A stretch of DNA of 64,000 bases from Terriglobia bacterium (GCA_965198225.1 CBDAOY010000003.1:1-64000); one strand, 5' to 3'. Shown: positions 41,630 through 55,538, counted from the stretch's first letter. The notes: a model not told the origin generated them from the sequence alone. Made by a program: numbers and translations.

Positions 41630-43138
41630 ATGGCAAAACGACGACTGCTTTTCTCCCTCTTTGTGGTGCTGACGCTCGCTATGGGTGTCGCGATAGGGAC
41701 CATAGTTTCGGACAGGGTAACGGCCGGCCAGCAGCAGGCGCCCGAGCTGATGATTCCCGAACCCGTCCAGCTGTCTAACATCTTTTCGAAGATCGCCAGT
41801 GACATCGGACCCGCCGTGGTCCACATCAATACCGAGGCGCGGATCCGGGCCAGCAACCGGCAGCTGCCGAACCCGTTCGGAGACCCGTTTGACTTCTTCG
41901 ATTTCTTCGGGGGGCAGCCGCCCGATCAGGAGCCCGATCAGGGACGTCGAGCAGCGAATCTGGGTTCCGGCTTCATCGTCGACCAGTCCGGCTACATCAT
42001 GACGAACAACCATGTGGTTGAAGATGCCGACAAGATCACTGTCCGGCTGCCGGATGATTCCGAGTACGAGGCCTCTCTGATCGGTGCGGACAGAGAAACC
42101 GACCTGGCCGTGATCAAGATCGACGCGGGACGGGATCTGCCCTTCGTCCGTTTTGGCAACTCGGACGCGGCGAATGCCGGCGACTGGGTGTTGGCGCTGG
42201 GTAGCCCGTTTGGTTTCGAGAACACTCTGACGGCGGGCATCATCAGCGCGAAGGGTCGCGACGTGCCCGGTGGCGAGCAGTTCCAGAGGTTTATTCAGAC
42301 CGATGCGGCGATCAACCCCGGCAATAGCGGCGGCCCGCTGGTCAGCATGGCGGGCGAAGTCATCGGCGTCAACAGCGCGATCATTTCCAACACGCGTTCG
42401 TTTGCAGGGCTTGGGTTTGCGATGCCGTCGAACATCGCGATCGATGTTTACAATCAGTTGGTAGCTGACGGAAGGGTCACTCGAGGATCGATCGGCATCA
42501 CGTACAACGGTAATCCGGACCCGGCCTTGATCCGCGCCTTCGGGTTGGGCCACGGTGTCGTCGTCGACTCTGTCGTGCCCAACGGCCCAGCTGACGCCGC
42601 GGGTTTCCTTGCCGGGGACGTCATCACCGAGATTGCCGGTCGGCCGGTCACGAATGGAGACGTTCTGCTCGAGATCGTCGCGGCACAAAGGGTCGGTGAT
42701 TCGGTTCCCATAACCGTTCATCGAGGTGGCGACGATGTCACGCTGGTGGTAACGATCGCCGACCGTGCCGAGCTCTTCGCCGACCGAGCCGGTAACCCGA
42801 GGCCGCGGGACAACGAAGCGGTCCCGACGCGACTCGGCATTCGCGTGCAGGAGATTCCGGCGCAGGCCCGTTCTTTGCCGGGCGGCCGCGACCTGCAGGG
42901 TGTCATGGTTTTGTCTGTCGAGCCTGACAGCCTGGCCGCTGAGGCCGGTATGGCCCGGGGCGTGATCATCTCGCGTATCGTAGCAGGGCGGGAGACGTTC
43001 GACATCACCAGCGTCGACGACTTCCAACGCGCCGAGAGAAGCCTGGAATCGGGAATGACAGTGGCTTTCATGGTCCGGATCCGCAACTCCCAGACCCAGC
43101 AGTTCCAGACCACGTTCCTGCCGATGACGATCCCGTAA
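41630..43138 (+). CDS. degP: DegP/HtrA (Do) serine protease with two PDZ domains
   Basis: LGSGFIV, TNNHVV, TDLAVIK, QTDAAINPGNSGGPL. Confidence 0.92.
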   Translation: MAKRRLLFSLFVVLTLAMGVAIGTIVSDRVTAGQQQAPELMIPEPVQLSNIFSKIASDIGPAVVHINTEARIRASNRQLPNPFGDPFDFFDFFGGQPPDQEPDQGRRAANLGSGFIVDQSGYIMTNNHVVEDADKITVRLPDDSEYEASLIGADRETDLAVIKIDAGRDLPFVRFGNSDAANAGDWVLALGSPFGFENTLTAGIISAKGRDVPGGEQFQRFIQTDAAINPGNSGGPLVSMAGEVIGVNSAIISNTRSFAGLGFAMPSNIAIDVYNQLVADGRVTRGSIGITYNGNPDPALIRAFGLGHGVVVDSVVPNGPADAAGFLAGDVITEIAGRPVTNGDVLLEIVAAQRVGDSVPITVHRGGDDVTLVVTIADRAELFADRAGNPRPRDNEAVPTRLGIRVQEIPAQARSLPGGRDLQGVMVLSVEPDSLAAEAGMARGVIISRIVAGRETFDITSVDDFQRAERSLESGMTVAFMVRIRNSQTQQFQTTFLPMTIP

Positions 43139-43158
43139 ACGGTAGCCATCACGAATAC

Positions 43159-43187
43159 AAAGGGGCGCCCCCGAGCGCCCTTTTTTT
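43159..43187 (+). terminator. Rho-independent terminator
   Basis: GGGCGC-loop-GCGCCC followed by T7. Confidence 0.75.
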
Positions 43188-43192
43188 AATTT

Positions 43193-43320
43193 AACCACGG
43201 AGGCACGAAGGCACGGAGGTGGAAGAAAGACTGTTTTCTCAAAAGAAAGATCAGCAGTTTCAACCTCCGTGCCTCCGTGGTTAGATTTCCCTCTGTGTTC
43301 TTCGTGCCTTCGCGGTGAAA
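43193..43320. repeat. Intergenic palindromic repeat element (ACCACGGAGGCACG type)
   Basis: AACCACGGAGGCACGAAGGCACGGAGGT pairs with ACCTCCGTGCCTCCGTGGTT; third degenerate unit follows. Confidence 0.65.
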
Positions 43321-43351
43321 CCGATCACTGCTGATAAGCTAACAGGTGGCG

Positions 43352-44113
43352 ATGAGCAAAACGTGGGAGCTGATGCTGGATCCGGCACTCGACGGCGAAG
43401 CCAATATGGCTGTCGATGCGGAGCTGCTGGCTTCGGTCGAGTCGGCTGAAGAGCCGCGGACAGTGCTGCGGTTCTATTCCTGGATTCGGCCGACGATTTC
43501 CCTGGGTCGCAACCAGAAGCCCGAAGAGGCGGTCGATTTGAATGTCTGCCGCGAAGAAGGTATCGAGGTTGTCCGGCGCCCGACCGGCGGACGTGCGGTC
43601 CTGCACGATGACGAGCTCACCTATGCGGTGGTTTCCAACGACCTGTCGTACTTTGCGGACGGATCGATCTATGAGACCTACCGCGTGATCTCCGAGGGGT
43701 TGTCGGCGGGCTATGGAAGCCTCGGAGTGAAGACTTTGCTGGCGCCCGACACGCGCCGTATGGGTTCGTCAAGAAACGGGTCCGACTACCCCTGTTTTGT
43801 CTCACCATCCAGGTATGAGTTGATGGTCGATGGTCGAAAGATCGTGGGGAGCGCACAGCGTCGCTTGAGAAGAAGCTTCCTCCAGCACGGGTCCATGCCG
43901 ATCACCTGCAACCGCGAGCTGCTGGCACGGGCCACTTGCCTGGGGGAGGCAGGATTACTGGACGAGGAGATGTGCAGCATCGAGGAATGCCTTGGGGTGA
44001 GGCCGGCGCTGGGCGCAATGCTGAACGCTTTCGTCGGGGCCTTCCAGCATCATTTCGGCGTTGATTTCATCCGTCGGACTTCTTCGGACCACGTACCCGG
44101 TCAATTGCGCTAA
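43352..44113 (+). CDS. Lipoate-protein ligase family (LplA/LipM-like)
   Basis: NMAVD, LRFYSW..PTISLG, VRRPTGGRAVLH, KIVGSAQRR, LQHGS. Confidence 0.9.
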   Translation: MSKTWELMLDPALDGEANMAVDAELLASVESAEEPRTVLRFYSWIRPTISLGRNQKPEEAVDLNVCREEGIEVVRRPTGGRAVLHDDELTYAVVSNDLSYFADGSIYETYRVISEGLSAGYGSLGVKTLLAPDTRRMGSSRNGSDYPCFVSPSRYELMVDGRKIVGSAQRRLRRSFLQHGSMPITCNRELLARATCLGEAGLLDEEMCSIEECLGVRPALGAMLNAFVGAFQHHFGVDFIRRTSSDHVPGQLR

Positions 44114-44187
44114 GTGGTTTATATAGTTATTTTTGCGATATAGGACGAGTACAACTTGGATCGTTTTTCGACAGGTTTCGGGCTCGG

Positions 44188-44216
44188 TTGACAGCCTACC
44201 TGCCTGATGTTATAAG
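44188..44216 (+). promoter_or_regulatory. Sigma70 promoter of hrcA
   Basis: TTGACA-17 bp-TATAAG, ending 8 nt before the ATG. Confidence 0.7.
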
Positions 44217-44224
44217 CTAGCTCT

Positions 44225-45292
44225 ATGAAGGCCAAACCGCCAGTGGGAAAAGAACTCGAAGATCGTCCCAGGGAGATCCTCGGACTGATCATCAGTTCCT
44301 ACATCGGTTCAGGCGAGCCCGTGGGCTCACGGACGATTTCGAAGGTGATCGAGAAGCGGTTGAGCGCGGCAACGATCCGCAACATCATGGCCGACCTCGA
44401 GGATGCGGGTTACCTTTCCCAGCCCCACGCCTCGGCCGGGCGCGTGCCTTCCGAGAAGGGATATCGTTTCTACGTCGATTGCCTCGGAGAGTCCCCGAAA
44501 CCGAGCCGCGACGACGAGGAGTACATTATCAAGGCGTTGACCGGGGCCACGACTCCCGAAGACATGATGTCGACGGCGTCCTACCTGTTGTCGGACATCT
44601 GCCACAACGTGGGTATCGTCGTCGCGCCGTCGATGGAATCGAGCGTGCTGCAGCATATCGAGTTTGTCCGGTTGGACGACGGGAAGGTACTCGTCATTCT
44701 GGTCTCAAAACCGGGTCTCGTGCAGCAGAAACTGATTCGAGTTTCGGATCCCTACACCCAGGAAGAGTTGACCCGGGCAGGCAACTATCTCGTCGAGAAG
44801 TTTTCAGGCCAGACGCTGCCGGAGATCCGGCGCAAACTCGTCGAGATGTTGGAAGAAGAGTGGGTCCGCTACGATCGGATGATGCGGAGCCTCCTGGAAT
44901 CCTGGAGTCGGAGCCTGGCCGAATCAGAAGCCGACGCGCCGACGGAATCCGTCTTCGTTCAGGGCACGGGAAACATACTTGCACAAGTCGACCTGTCCGA
45001 TATCGAGCGTATGCAGGAGCTCTTCCGGGTGTTTGAAGAGAAGGAACGTTTGGTCAAGATCCTGAACGCCTGCCTGCCCAAAGGACCCGAAGAAGGCGTG
45101 AAGATCATGATTGGCTCGGAGCTGGGCGCGGCCTGCATGAAAGACTTCACGTTGATCACATCGCCGTATCTCCAGCATGACTCGAAGACCGGCTTCATGG
45201 GCGTGATCGGACCTTCCAGGATGGAATACCGGCGGGGCATTTCCGTCGTCGACTGCATGGCCCGGGTCTTCGGCCGGATGATCGAAGCCTAG
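44225..45292 (+). CDS. hrcA: Heat-inducible transcription repressor HrcA
   Basis: GEPVGSRT, SAATIRNIMADLE..GYLSQPHASAGRVP, GVIGPSRMEY. Confidence 0.95.
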   Translation: MKAKPPVGKELEDRPREILGLIISSYIGSGEPVGSRTISKVIEKRLSAATIRNIMADLEDAGYLSQPHASAGRVPSEKGYRFYVDCLGESPKPSRDDEEYIIKALTGATTPEDMMSTASYLLSDICHNVGIVVAPSMESSVLQHIEFVRLDDGKVLVILVSKPGLVQQKLIRVSDPYTQEELTRAGNYLVEKFSGQTLPEIRRKLVEMLEEEWVRYDRMMRSLLESWSRSLAESEADAPTESVFVQGTGNILAQVDLSDIERMQELFRVFEEKERLVKILNACLPKGPEEGVKIMIGSELGAACMKDFTLITSPYLQHDSKTGFMGVIGPSRMEYRRGISVVDCMARVFGRMIEA

Positions 45293-45469
45293 CAGCCACG
45301 GACTGCTCGACTATCTGCCTCTTTCCCAAGGACATCTTGCTCGGTTGACGCATGCCGACACCAAGTCGGCTCGATGTCGTGCTGTTATAATAGGTGATCG
45401 GCCAGATGGCCGAATAGTCTACTTACCGCGCTGCTCTTGATTTGGACTTGAGCAGCCACGGGCTGCTAG
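45289..45469. mobile_element. Putative MITE between hrcA and grpE
   Basis: Ends CTAGCAGCC...GGCTGCTAG with longer imperfect IR; CTAG at both ends; same 14-mer end at 63408-63421. Confidence 0.5.
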
Positions 45470-45481
45470 TTCAGGGAAAAG

Positions 45482-46075
45482 ATGCAAGATGAGCTTGAAA
45501 ACCAGACGATGCCGACCGAACCCGAAGAAGTAGCTGCGGGCGATCTCGAGACCGAACCCGAAGGGCCGCCCGATCCGATCCAGCTCTCCCGGGACGTCCA
45601 TGCGCTCAGTGAGGAGCGGGATGAGCTCCGAGACAGCCTGCTGAGAAAGCAGGCCGAGTTCGAGAACTTCCGAAAGCGCATCGATCGCGAGCGCGGCGAG
45701 TTCGTCAAGTTTGCGTCGTCCGAGTTGATGCGCGAGGTTCTAAACGTTCTCGATTCTTTCGAGCTGGCGTTGAACGACGTTTCCGCTGATGACGAGAAAA
45801 GTGCCAGCGTGCGGAAGGGGTTCGAGTTGATCTACAAACAGCTGCTCGACAGCCTGAAGCGATTCGGCCTCGATATGGTCGCCGCGCAAGGCGTGAAGTT
45901 CGATCCTCATGTCCACGAGGCCGTGAGTACCCAGCCGACCGACGAAGCCCCCGAAGGCACGGTAATGACGGAACTGCGCAAAGGCTACCTGTTGCACGGG
46001 AAGCTGCTTCGCCCCGCGATGGTCACCGTCGCAGCCGCGGCGCCGACCGCGCCGTCGGAAGAGGGTGACTCTTGA
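45482..46075 (+). CDS. grpE: Nucleotide exchange factor GrpE
   Basis: [35 protein letters not shown]. Confidence 0.96.
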   Translation: MQDELENQTMPTEPEEVAAGDLETEPEGPPDPIQLSRDVHALSEERDELRDSLLRKQAEFENFRKRIDRERGEFVKFASSELMREVLNVLDSFELALNDVSADDEKSASVRKGFELIYKQLLDSLKRFGLDMVAAQGVKFDPHVHEAVSTQPTDEAPEGTVMTELRKGYLLHGKLLRPAMVTVAAAAPTAPSEEGDS

Positions 46076-47202
46076 GCCGGAAGCGCGATTATTACGACGT
46101 CATGGGCATTGCCCGGGCCGCCTCCGAGCAGGACATCAAGAGTGCCTACCGGAAGCTTGCACTGGAATACCACCCGGACCGCAATCCCGGCGACAAGGTT
46201 GCGGAAGACAAGTTCAAGGAAGCCGCCGAGGCGTACTCGGTCCTGAGCGACGCTCAGAAACGTAGTCAGTATGACCGGTTCGGGCATGCAGGCGTCAGCG
46301 GTGTCGGCGGCCCGGGCGGCAGTGGGTTCGATCCCAGCGTCTTTTCCGATTTCAGCGACATACTGGGAGATCTGTTCGGTTTTGGCGACCTGTTCGGCGG
46401 CGGCACTCGCCGTTCGGGTCGTGCCGCAAACCGGGGCGCGGACCTTCGCTATGACCTCGAACTCAGCTTCGAGGATGCTGCATTCGGCAAGAAGACCCGA
46501 ACCAAAGTGCCCCGCCATGAAAGCTGTAGCGAGTGTGGCGGCACCGGTGTGCCGGAGGGAAGCGGGCCGACGACGTGCCCCACCTGCAACGGTTACGGCC
46601 AGGTTCGATTCCAGCAGGGCTTTTTCAGCATCACGCGGACGTGCAGCCAGTGCCAGGGGAGCGGACAGTTCATCAAAGATCCGTGCGTGCGATGCCACGG
46701 GGAGGGGCGTGTCGTCAAGGAGAAGACGCTCGAGATCAAGATTCCGGCCGGCGTCGACACCGGGTCCCGATTGCGTGTTGCCGGGGAAGGGGACTCGGGA
46801 ACCCGGGGGGGCCCTCCCGGCGATCTTTACGTTCTCATCCACGTTGAAGAACACGAGTTCTTCGACCGCCGTGACGACGATCTCTTCTGTCACATACCCG
46901 TGTCGTTTGCCCAGGCCGCGTTGGGAACGGTGATTCCCGTGCCGACGCTCGACGGCCAGGAGCAACTGAAGATCCCCGCCGGTACCCAACCTGACAGCGT
47001 ATTTCGTATCCGGGGGGTGGGCATTGCCAAGGCCAACGGCCGTGGCCAGGGCGACCTCTACGTTACCGTCGGAGTCCAGATCCCGAGGAAGCTTTCCCGA
47101 GAACAGCGAGAGCTCATCTCGAAGCTGTCCGAAACCGAGGATGCAGAGAATCAGCCGATTCAAAAGAAGATTCTGGAGCGAGTGAAGGAGATCTTTGGTT
47201 GA
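46072..47202 (+). CDS. dnaJ: Chaperone DnaJ
   Basis: J domain with HPD, G/F region, four CxxCxGxG repeats. Confidence 0.97.
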   Translation: MSRKRDYYDVMGIARAASEQDIKSAYRKLALEYHPDRNPGDKVAEDKFKEAAEAYSVLSDAQKRSQYDRFGHAGVSGVGGPGGSGFDPSVFSDFSDILGDLFGFGDLFGGGTRRSGRAANRGADLRYDLELSFEDAAFGKKTRTKVPRHESCSECGGTGVPEGSGPTTCPTCNGYGQVRFQQGFFSITRTCSQCQGSGQFIKDPCVRCHGEGRVVKEKTLEIKIPAGVDTGSRLRVAGEGDSGTRGGPPGDLYVLIHVEEHEFFDRRDDDLFCHIPVSFAQAALGTVIPVPTLDGQEQLKIPAGTQPDSVFRIRGVGIAKANGRGQGDLYVTVGVQIPRKLSREQRELISKLSETEDAENQPIQKKILERVKEIFG

Positions 47203-47247
47203 ACAAGTAGCCAGTAGCCAGTAGCCAGTTAGAGAGCCCCCCTTTCC

Positions 47248-48096
47248 ATGCCTTTTAACCAGATTGTGGTTGAGGTTCCTGAGAAACTGAGAGAAGTTCT
47301 TGTTGCTGAATGTTCAGGTGACGAGTTCGCCGGACTGTGGGAGCAGGAACTGCCAGGCGCCCGGTCGCGGCTGACGATTTACTTCGATTCCTCGTCAGAC
47401 GTCCGCAGCCTGGAAGATCGAGTGTGCGGGGTGTTCGAGAGGGCCGGGGAAGCGGTGCCGGAGGTTCGGGCAGGCGTCCAGGAAGACAGGGATTGGACTG
47501 CGGAATGGCGGAAAGGCTACACGAGCTTCGACGTCGGCCGCCGTTTCAGGGTCGTGCCGAGCTGGGAGGACCCTCCCCGGGCTGCACGAACCGTCATTCG
47601 CATCGATCCGGGGCAAGCGTTCGGGACCGGCACCCATGAAACGACCCAGTTGGTTATCGAGGCGCTCGAGCGGTGGGCTGTGAGCGATCACTACGTCCTC
47701 GACCTGGGGGCGGGTTCGGGGATTCTGTCCATTGCCGCGAAGAAGCTCGGCTGGCCCCGGGTTGCCGCATGTGAACTGGACCCGGATGCGGCTGGCGTTG
47801 CGGCGGACAATTTCGAAAGGAACTTCGTGCCGGTGGACCTCTTTATCGGCTCGATCGATTCCGTCGACTCCGGATCGGTCGGTCTGCTCCTTGCGAACCT
47901 GTCCGTTGGCACAATCCAGGGACTGCTTCCCGACATCAGCCGGGTTCTCATGCCCGGCTCATGCTCGATCCTGTCAGGAATCCTCGGCGAGCAGGCCGAG
48001 GCGCTGACATCACTTTTCTCGAGTCAGGGATACTCCGTGCTGGCACAGGAAACCCGGGGAGAGTGGGCTGCGATCGTGGTCCGACATGGCGACTAA
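47248..48096 (+). CDS. prmA: Ribosomal protein L11 methyltransferase
   Basis: IDPGQAFGTGTHETT, VLDLGAGSGILSI, ILSGIL. Confidence 0.93.
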   Translation: MPFNQIVVEVPEKLREVLVAECSGDEFAGLWEQELPGARSRLTIYFDSSSDVRSLEDRVCGVFERAGEAVPEVRAGVQEDRDWTAEWRKGYTSFDVGRRFRVVPSWEDPPRAARTVIRIDPGQAFGTGTHETTQLVIEALERWAVSDHYVLDLGAGSGILSIAAKKLGWPRVAACELDPDAAGVAADNFERNFVPVDLFIGSIDSVDSGSVGLLLANLSVGTIQGLLPDISRVLMPGSCSILSGILGEQAEALTSLFSSQGYSVLAQETRGEWAAIVVRHGD

Positions 48097-48784
48097 ATCG
48101 GTTTACCTTCCGGATCCGACGATCGATGACGGGCTGCTGCGCGTATCCGGTGACGAGCACCATCACTTGAAGGTGTCCCGCACTCAGCCAGGCGAATTGA
48201 TCGACGTCTTCGACGGCGAGGGGCGTGTCTGGGCGGGCGAGGTGGATTCCGTCGACAAGAAGGAGACGCGGATCCGTGTCGTTACAGCTCGCAGCGAGTC
48301 GGGCCGGCAGGTCGAACTCGTTCTCGCCCAGGCACTCATCAAGCCCGCGTCCTTCGAGTGGATCCTCGAGAAGGCCGTCGAGCTCGGGGTGACTCGAATC
48401 ATTCCTTTCCGGGCAGAGCGGTCCAACGCGGCCCGGGGTCGCATCGAACGGTGGCGTCGCATCATCGTCGAGGCGGCCAAGCAGTCGAAGCACTATCGCC
48501 TTCCGCATCTCGATGAGGTCACAGACCTCGATTCCGTCCTCGCGTTTCGGGCAGCCTCCAAGATTCTGTTTGCTGAAAAAGACGGTATTTCGCTAAAGTC
48601 GGCAGTTTCCGGGGGGCCGGTCCTCTATCTCATCGGGCCCGAAGGCGGTTGGACCGACGATGAGCGCTCGCGGGCTCGCGCTACCGGCGTCGCCGAGGTG
48701 CAGCTCGGTTCGCATGTTATGCGCTCGGAAACAGCGGCTGTCGTGGCCACGGCGCTGATTCAGTACGAGTTGGGAGTGTTTTGA
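48086..48784 (+). CDS. rsmE: 16S rRNA m3U1498 methyltransferase
   Basis: EKAVELGV, EAAKQS, IGPEGGW, MRSETAA. Confidence 0.93.
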   Translation: MATKSVYLPDPTIDDGLLRVSGDEHHHLKVSRTQPGELIDVFDGEGRVWAGEVDSVDKKETRIRVVTARSESGRQVELVLAQALIKPASFEWILEKAVELGVTRIIPFRAERSNAARGRIERWRRIIVEAAKQSKHYRLPHLDEVTDLDSVLAFRAASKILFAEKDGISLKSAVSGGPVLYLIGPEGGWTDDERSRARATGVAEVQLGSHVMRSETAAVVATALIQYELGVF

Positions 48785-49605
48785 CTATTCACCACTGGAC
48801 CCCGCGATTCAGCCCGCCGGCCCTGCTGCTCTTGCTTTCATGGCTGGTGGCGGCGCCGCTTTCGGCCCAACAGCGGCCGCTGCTCACCGAAGACCCCCGG
48901 CTGATACCCGAAGGCCAACTGGTGACGGAGACTGGTTTCGGATACTTCAACCGAGCTCGATTCCCCGTCAACGGTGTCGGAGGGAACCTGCTTTCGATCC
49001 TGGACGGCGGTTTTCATTTCGGGCTCGGTTCCAGGGCGGAGTTTCAGATAACCGGAACCATACGGAATTACCTCTGGGTGAAGGAGGGCGGGACCGGCCA
49101 GAGAAACGACTGGGGCGACGGCCTCCTGTCGACGAAGATCGCAATCGTCAAGGAATCGGGAAAGCTTCCCGACATCACATTCCGGCCCACCATCCTCCTG
49201 CCCAACTCCAGCAACGAGAGCATCGGGAAGGACGGGACCGACTTCTTCGGTTCGCTGCTGATCGGCAAGAGCGTTGGCGGCGCCTACATCTTCGGCAGCA
49301 TCGGTCTCGGAATCCTGGACGACGCGGTGAGGGTGAGCGCACAGCAGGACGTGCTCACTTACGGTATAGCGGCGCTCGCGCCCGTGACAAACTCGCTGAA
49401 CATCGCCCTGGAGGTCAACGGTCTTGAAAACCCGCAATCAAACCCCACGCCGGGGGGAGAGGATCGGGCACAGGCTCGATTCGGCATCCAGTTGGACGCC
49501 CTTGGTATGCGCTGGGACGTCGGCGCTACCGCAGGACTGACGGACTTGGACCATCGAGTGGGAGTCGTCTTCGGTTTCACCAAAGAAATCACCCTTTGGC
49601 GTTAG
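48781..49605 (+). CDS. Exported hypothetical protein, probable outer membrane beta-barrel
   Basis: Signal peptide ending LSA-QQRPLLTEDP; alternating beta-strand pattern. Confidence 0.65.
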   Translation: MTIHHWTPRFSPPALLLLLSWLVAAPLSAQQRPLLTEDPRLIPEGQLVTETGFGYFNRARFPVNGVGGNLLSILDGGFHFGLGSRAEFQITGTIRNYLWVKEGGTGQRNDWGDGLLSTKIAIVKESGKLPDITFRPTILLPNSSNESIGKDGTDFFGSLLIGKSVGGAYIFGSIGLGILDDAVRVSAQQDVLTYGIAALAPVTNSLNIALEVNGLENPQSNPTPGGEDRAQARFGIQLDALGMRWDVGATAGLTDLDHRVGVVFGFTKEITLWR

Positions 49606-49608
49606 GCG

Positions 49609-49680
49609 GTGTAGGTGCGGTCTATGACCGCACCTTGTTCGGTCCGCACCGTTTTGTGCGCTCATAGAGCGCACCTACAC
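49609..49680. repeat. GTAG-type REP doublet (REPIN)
   Basis: Two inverted REP units of the same family as 41359-41480. Confidence 0.8.
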
Positions 49681-49712
49681 CCCTTCGGGTGTCTTTGGGT
49701 AGCGAGACAGTT

Positions 49713-49898
49713 GGAAGAGCTCCGGGCGTGGTGGGCCCGACGCTAAGGAAATGGTCGGGGACAGGGGTATAGCCCTGTCCCCGGGCGTATGCCTAAGCAG
49801 AAATGTCCGTGAAAGAGAACAGCCAGAGCAGACCATGCCGGGTGTCCGCGAAGCACAAATGTCCCTGACCGCAGAGAGCCCGACCGAATGGCTCTTCC
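49713..49898. ncRNA. Candidate structured RNA, 6S-like
   Basis: 186 nt; ends GGAAGAGC/GCTCTTCC pair; GGTCGGGGACA pairs with TGTCCCTGACC; CCCGG/CCGGG inner stem. Confidence 0.4.
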
Positions 49899-49951
49899 GA
49901 ATTCAATCGGGAATAGTCTAAAATGACAACTTCATACTGAAGCATCATTCT

Positions 49952-50536
49952 ATGGATCCTGAATACCGAGACGAACACGTTCACCCACCCCAGCCGGACG
50001 TTTTCCCCGAGCCTCAGCCTAGTGTTTTAAGTGAGATACGCGGTTGGGCACGAGACGTCTTCTTCGCCATCGGAACCGCGATCATCATCGTCGTGTTCTT
50101 CTACCAGCCGGTGAAGGTGGAAGGCACCAGCATGCTTCCCGAGCTGGTCGATCAGGAGCGGATCTTCGTCAACAAATTCGTCTACCGGATCGAAAACATC
50201 GCCCGCCGGGATATCGTCGTCTTCTGGTACCCACTCGACACAACGAAGTCCTATATCAAGCGCGTCATCGGAATTCCCGGAGACGTCGTCGAGCTGCGGC
50301 GGGGTGAAGTCCTCGTCAACGGACAGACGATCAAAGAGAGCTATGTGCCGTCCAACTACTTCGATCGCAGGAGCTACCCTCCGGTCTATGTCGAACCGGG
50401 TCAGTACTACGTCCTGGGCGACCACCGGAACCAGTCCAACGACAGCCGTATGTGGGGACTGGTACCCGAACAGAATATCTACGGCAAAGCAGTCTTCCGG
50501 TATTGGCCAGTGAGTAAGATGGGTACTATCGATTGA
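49952..50536 (+). CDS. lepB: Signal peptidase I
   Basis: [31 protein letters not shown]. Confidence 0.93.
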   Translation: MDPEYRDEHVHPPQPDVFPEPQPSVLSEIRGWARDVFFAIGTAIIIVVFFYQPVKVEGTSMLPELVDQERIFVNKFVYRIENIARRDIVVFWYPLDTTKSYIKRVIGIPGDVVELRRGEVLVNGQTIKESYVPSNYFDRRSYPPVYVEPGQYYVLGDHRNQSNDSRMWGLVPEQNIYGKAVFRYWPVSKMGTID

Positions 50537-51649
50537 TGAAAGCGACGTTGCTCTTCGAGGACGGAAGAGTTTTCCGTGGTCAGGGACACGGATTCCCCGG
50601 CGAAGCTGTTGGGGAGGTCGTTTTCAACACATCGATGGCCGGGTACCAGGAGATTCTGACCGATCCCTCCTACGCGGGACAGATCGTCACGATGACGTAC
50701 CCGCTGATCGGCAACACCGGCGTCAACCCCGAAGACGTCGAATCCCGCCGGCCTTTCCTCGAAGCGTTCATCGTCCGACGTTTGTCTACCTACCCGAGCA
50801 ATTGGCGGAGTGCGGAATCTCTGGACGACTATCTTCGACGGAACCGGATTCCGGCAATATCCGAGATCGACACCCGGGCCCTGGTTCGTCACGTACGGAC
50901 AAAGGGCGCCATGCGCGCCGTCGTGTCGCTCATCGACGACGACGTCGAATCCCTCAGAACAAAGGTGGAACGTGGGCCCGGGATGGTCGGAAGAGATCTG
51001 GCCAGTGATGTAACGATCGATGCCCGATACGAGCCCGAGAGGGAAGACGTCGACTTCGTCGAGTTCGCCTCGTTCAAGTGCGGAGCGGAGGACTCCTTGC
51101 GGGTGGTGGCTTACGACTTCGGGATCAAGACGAACATTCTTCGGGATCTAGCCCATTGTGGCGCGGACGTGACCGTCGTTCCTTCCCACACGACCGCGTC
51201 GGAAGTCCTCTCGCTCGATCCCGACGGGGTCTTTCTATCGAACGGTCCCGGCGACCCGGAAGCTGTCGACTACGCTGTTCGGAACGTCCGGGAGCTGCTC
51301 GGAAAGAAGCCGGTCTTCGGCATCTGCCTCGGCCACCAGATCATGGGCCTCGCCCTGGGTGCCCGGACATTCAAACTGAAGTTCGGCCATCACGGCGGCA
51401 ACCATCCGGTGATGCACATCGACACGGGACGCGTCGAGATCACCGCCCAGAATCACGGATTTGCGGTCGATCCGCAGAGCCTCGACGACGAGGAAGTGCG
51501 GATCACCCACCTCAACCTGAACGATCAGACCGTCGAGGGTCTGGAGCACCGCAGCCTACCCGCTTTCAGCGTGCAGTACCATCCCGAAGCGTCACCGGGG
51601 CCTCACGACTCCTACTACCTGTTCGAAAAGTTCTTCGACCTGATGCGCG

Positions 51650-51666
<17 letters not shown>
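50533..51666 (+). CDS. carA: Carbamoyl-phosphate synthase small subunit
   Basis: [47 protein letters not shown]. Confidence 0.97.
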
Positions 51667-54865
<3,199 letters not shown>

Positions 54866-54971
54866 GATGTGAATCTGGGATTTAGTCCTAGGAATTTCTG
54901 CCAGTCAATTCCGATTCCCCCTGATTTACAGGGTCATGGCGGACCTTTAAATTGGTTCTATCAGGAAATGT

Positions 54972-55538
54972 GTGGTGAGAAGAAATCGTACGCATTCGTG
55001 TGACGGGTTCAGCCTGACGGAAGTGGTCGTCGTCGTTGGCATCATCATGGTGATGGCCGCGGGTGTTGCGATGCTGCAGTTCGGGTCGGCCCAGGTGCTT
55101 ATTGACGCCGACGCGGCGATCGCGCAAGTCGCATCCCAGATGCGCTACGCGCGGCAGGTGTCGATCGACCAACGGCGCACGGTTCAACTGCTCTTCATCG
55201 GCACCAACCAGATCCAGGTCGTCCGCCAGGACGACGCGAACAACACGACGGTCATGGCGGACGTTACCCTGCCGACTGGCTACACTTTCGCGATGCCCAA
55301 CGGGGCGGCCGATACACCGGAGGGTTTCGGAAACAATGCAGCCGTCGACCTGGGCGGCGGAACGACGGGAAACTTTGTTTCAGACGGGACGTTCGTCACT
55401 GCGAACAACGCGATCCTGAACGGGACGGTGTTCACCATGAGCGCTTCGACGGGAACGGCGCGAGCCGCGACACTGACGGGTGCCACCGGTCGGGTCAAAC
55501 GCTACATCTGGACCAATGGGGCCTGGGCACAGCTATGA
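54972..55538 (+). CDS. FimT/FimU/GspH-like minor pilin (set 1)
   Basis: Prepilin site G|FSLTE, hydrophobic helix, ARQVSI. Confidence 0.8.
   Translation: MVRRNRTHSCDGFSLTEVVVVVGIIMVMAAGVAMLQFGSAQVLIDADAAIAQVASQMRYARQVSIDQRRTVQLLFIGTNQIQVVRQDDANNTTVMADVTLPTGYTFAMPNGAADTPEGFGNNAAVDLGGGTTGNFVSDGTFVTANNAILNGTVFTMSASTGTARAATLTGATGRVKRYIWTNGAWAQL

Noticed and set aside
41567-43198. Long antisense ORFs (also 14605-15516, 45985-47163, 51566-52951, 53858-54838, 57117-58445)
   Set aside because: Shadows of well-supported genes on the opposite strand in GC-rich DNA; no recognisable motifs.
44120-44225. CIRCE operator upstream of hrcA
   Set aside because: No TTAGCACTC-N9-GAGTGCTAA match is visible.
47207-47229. 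GTAGCCA x3 heptamer
   Set aside because: Short intergenic microsatellite with no evident function.
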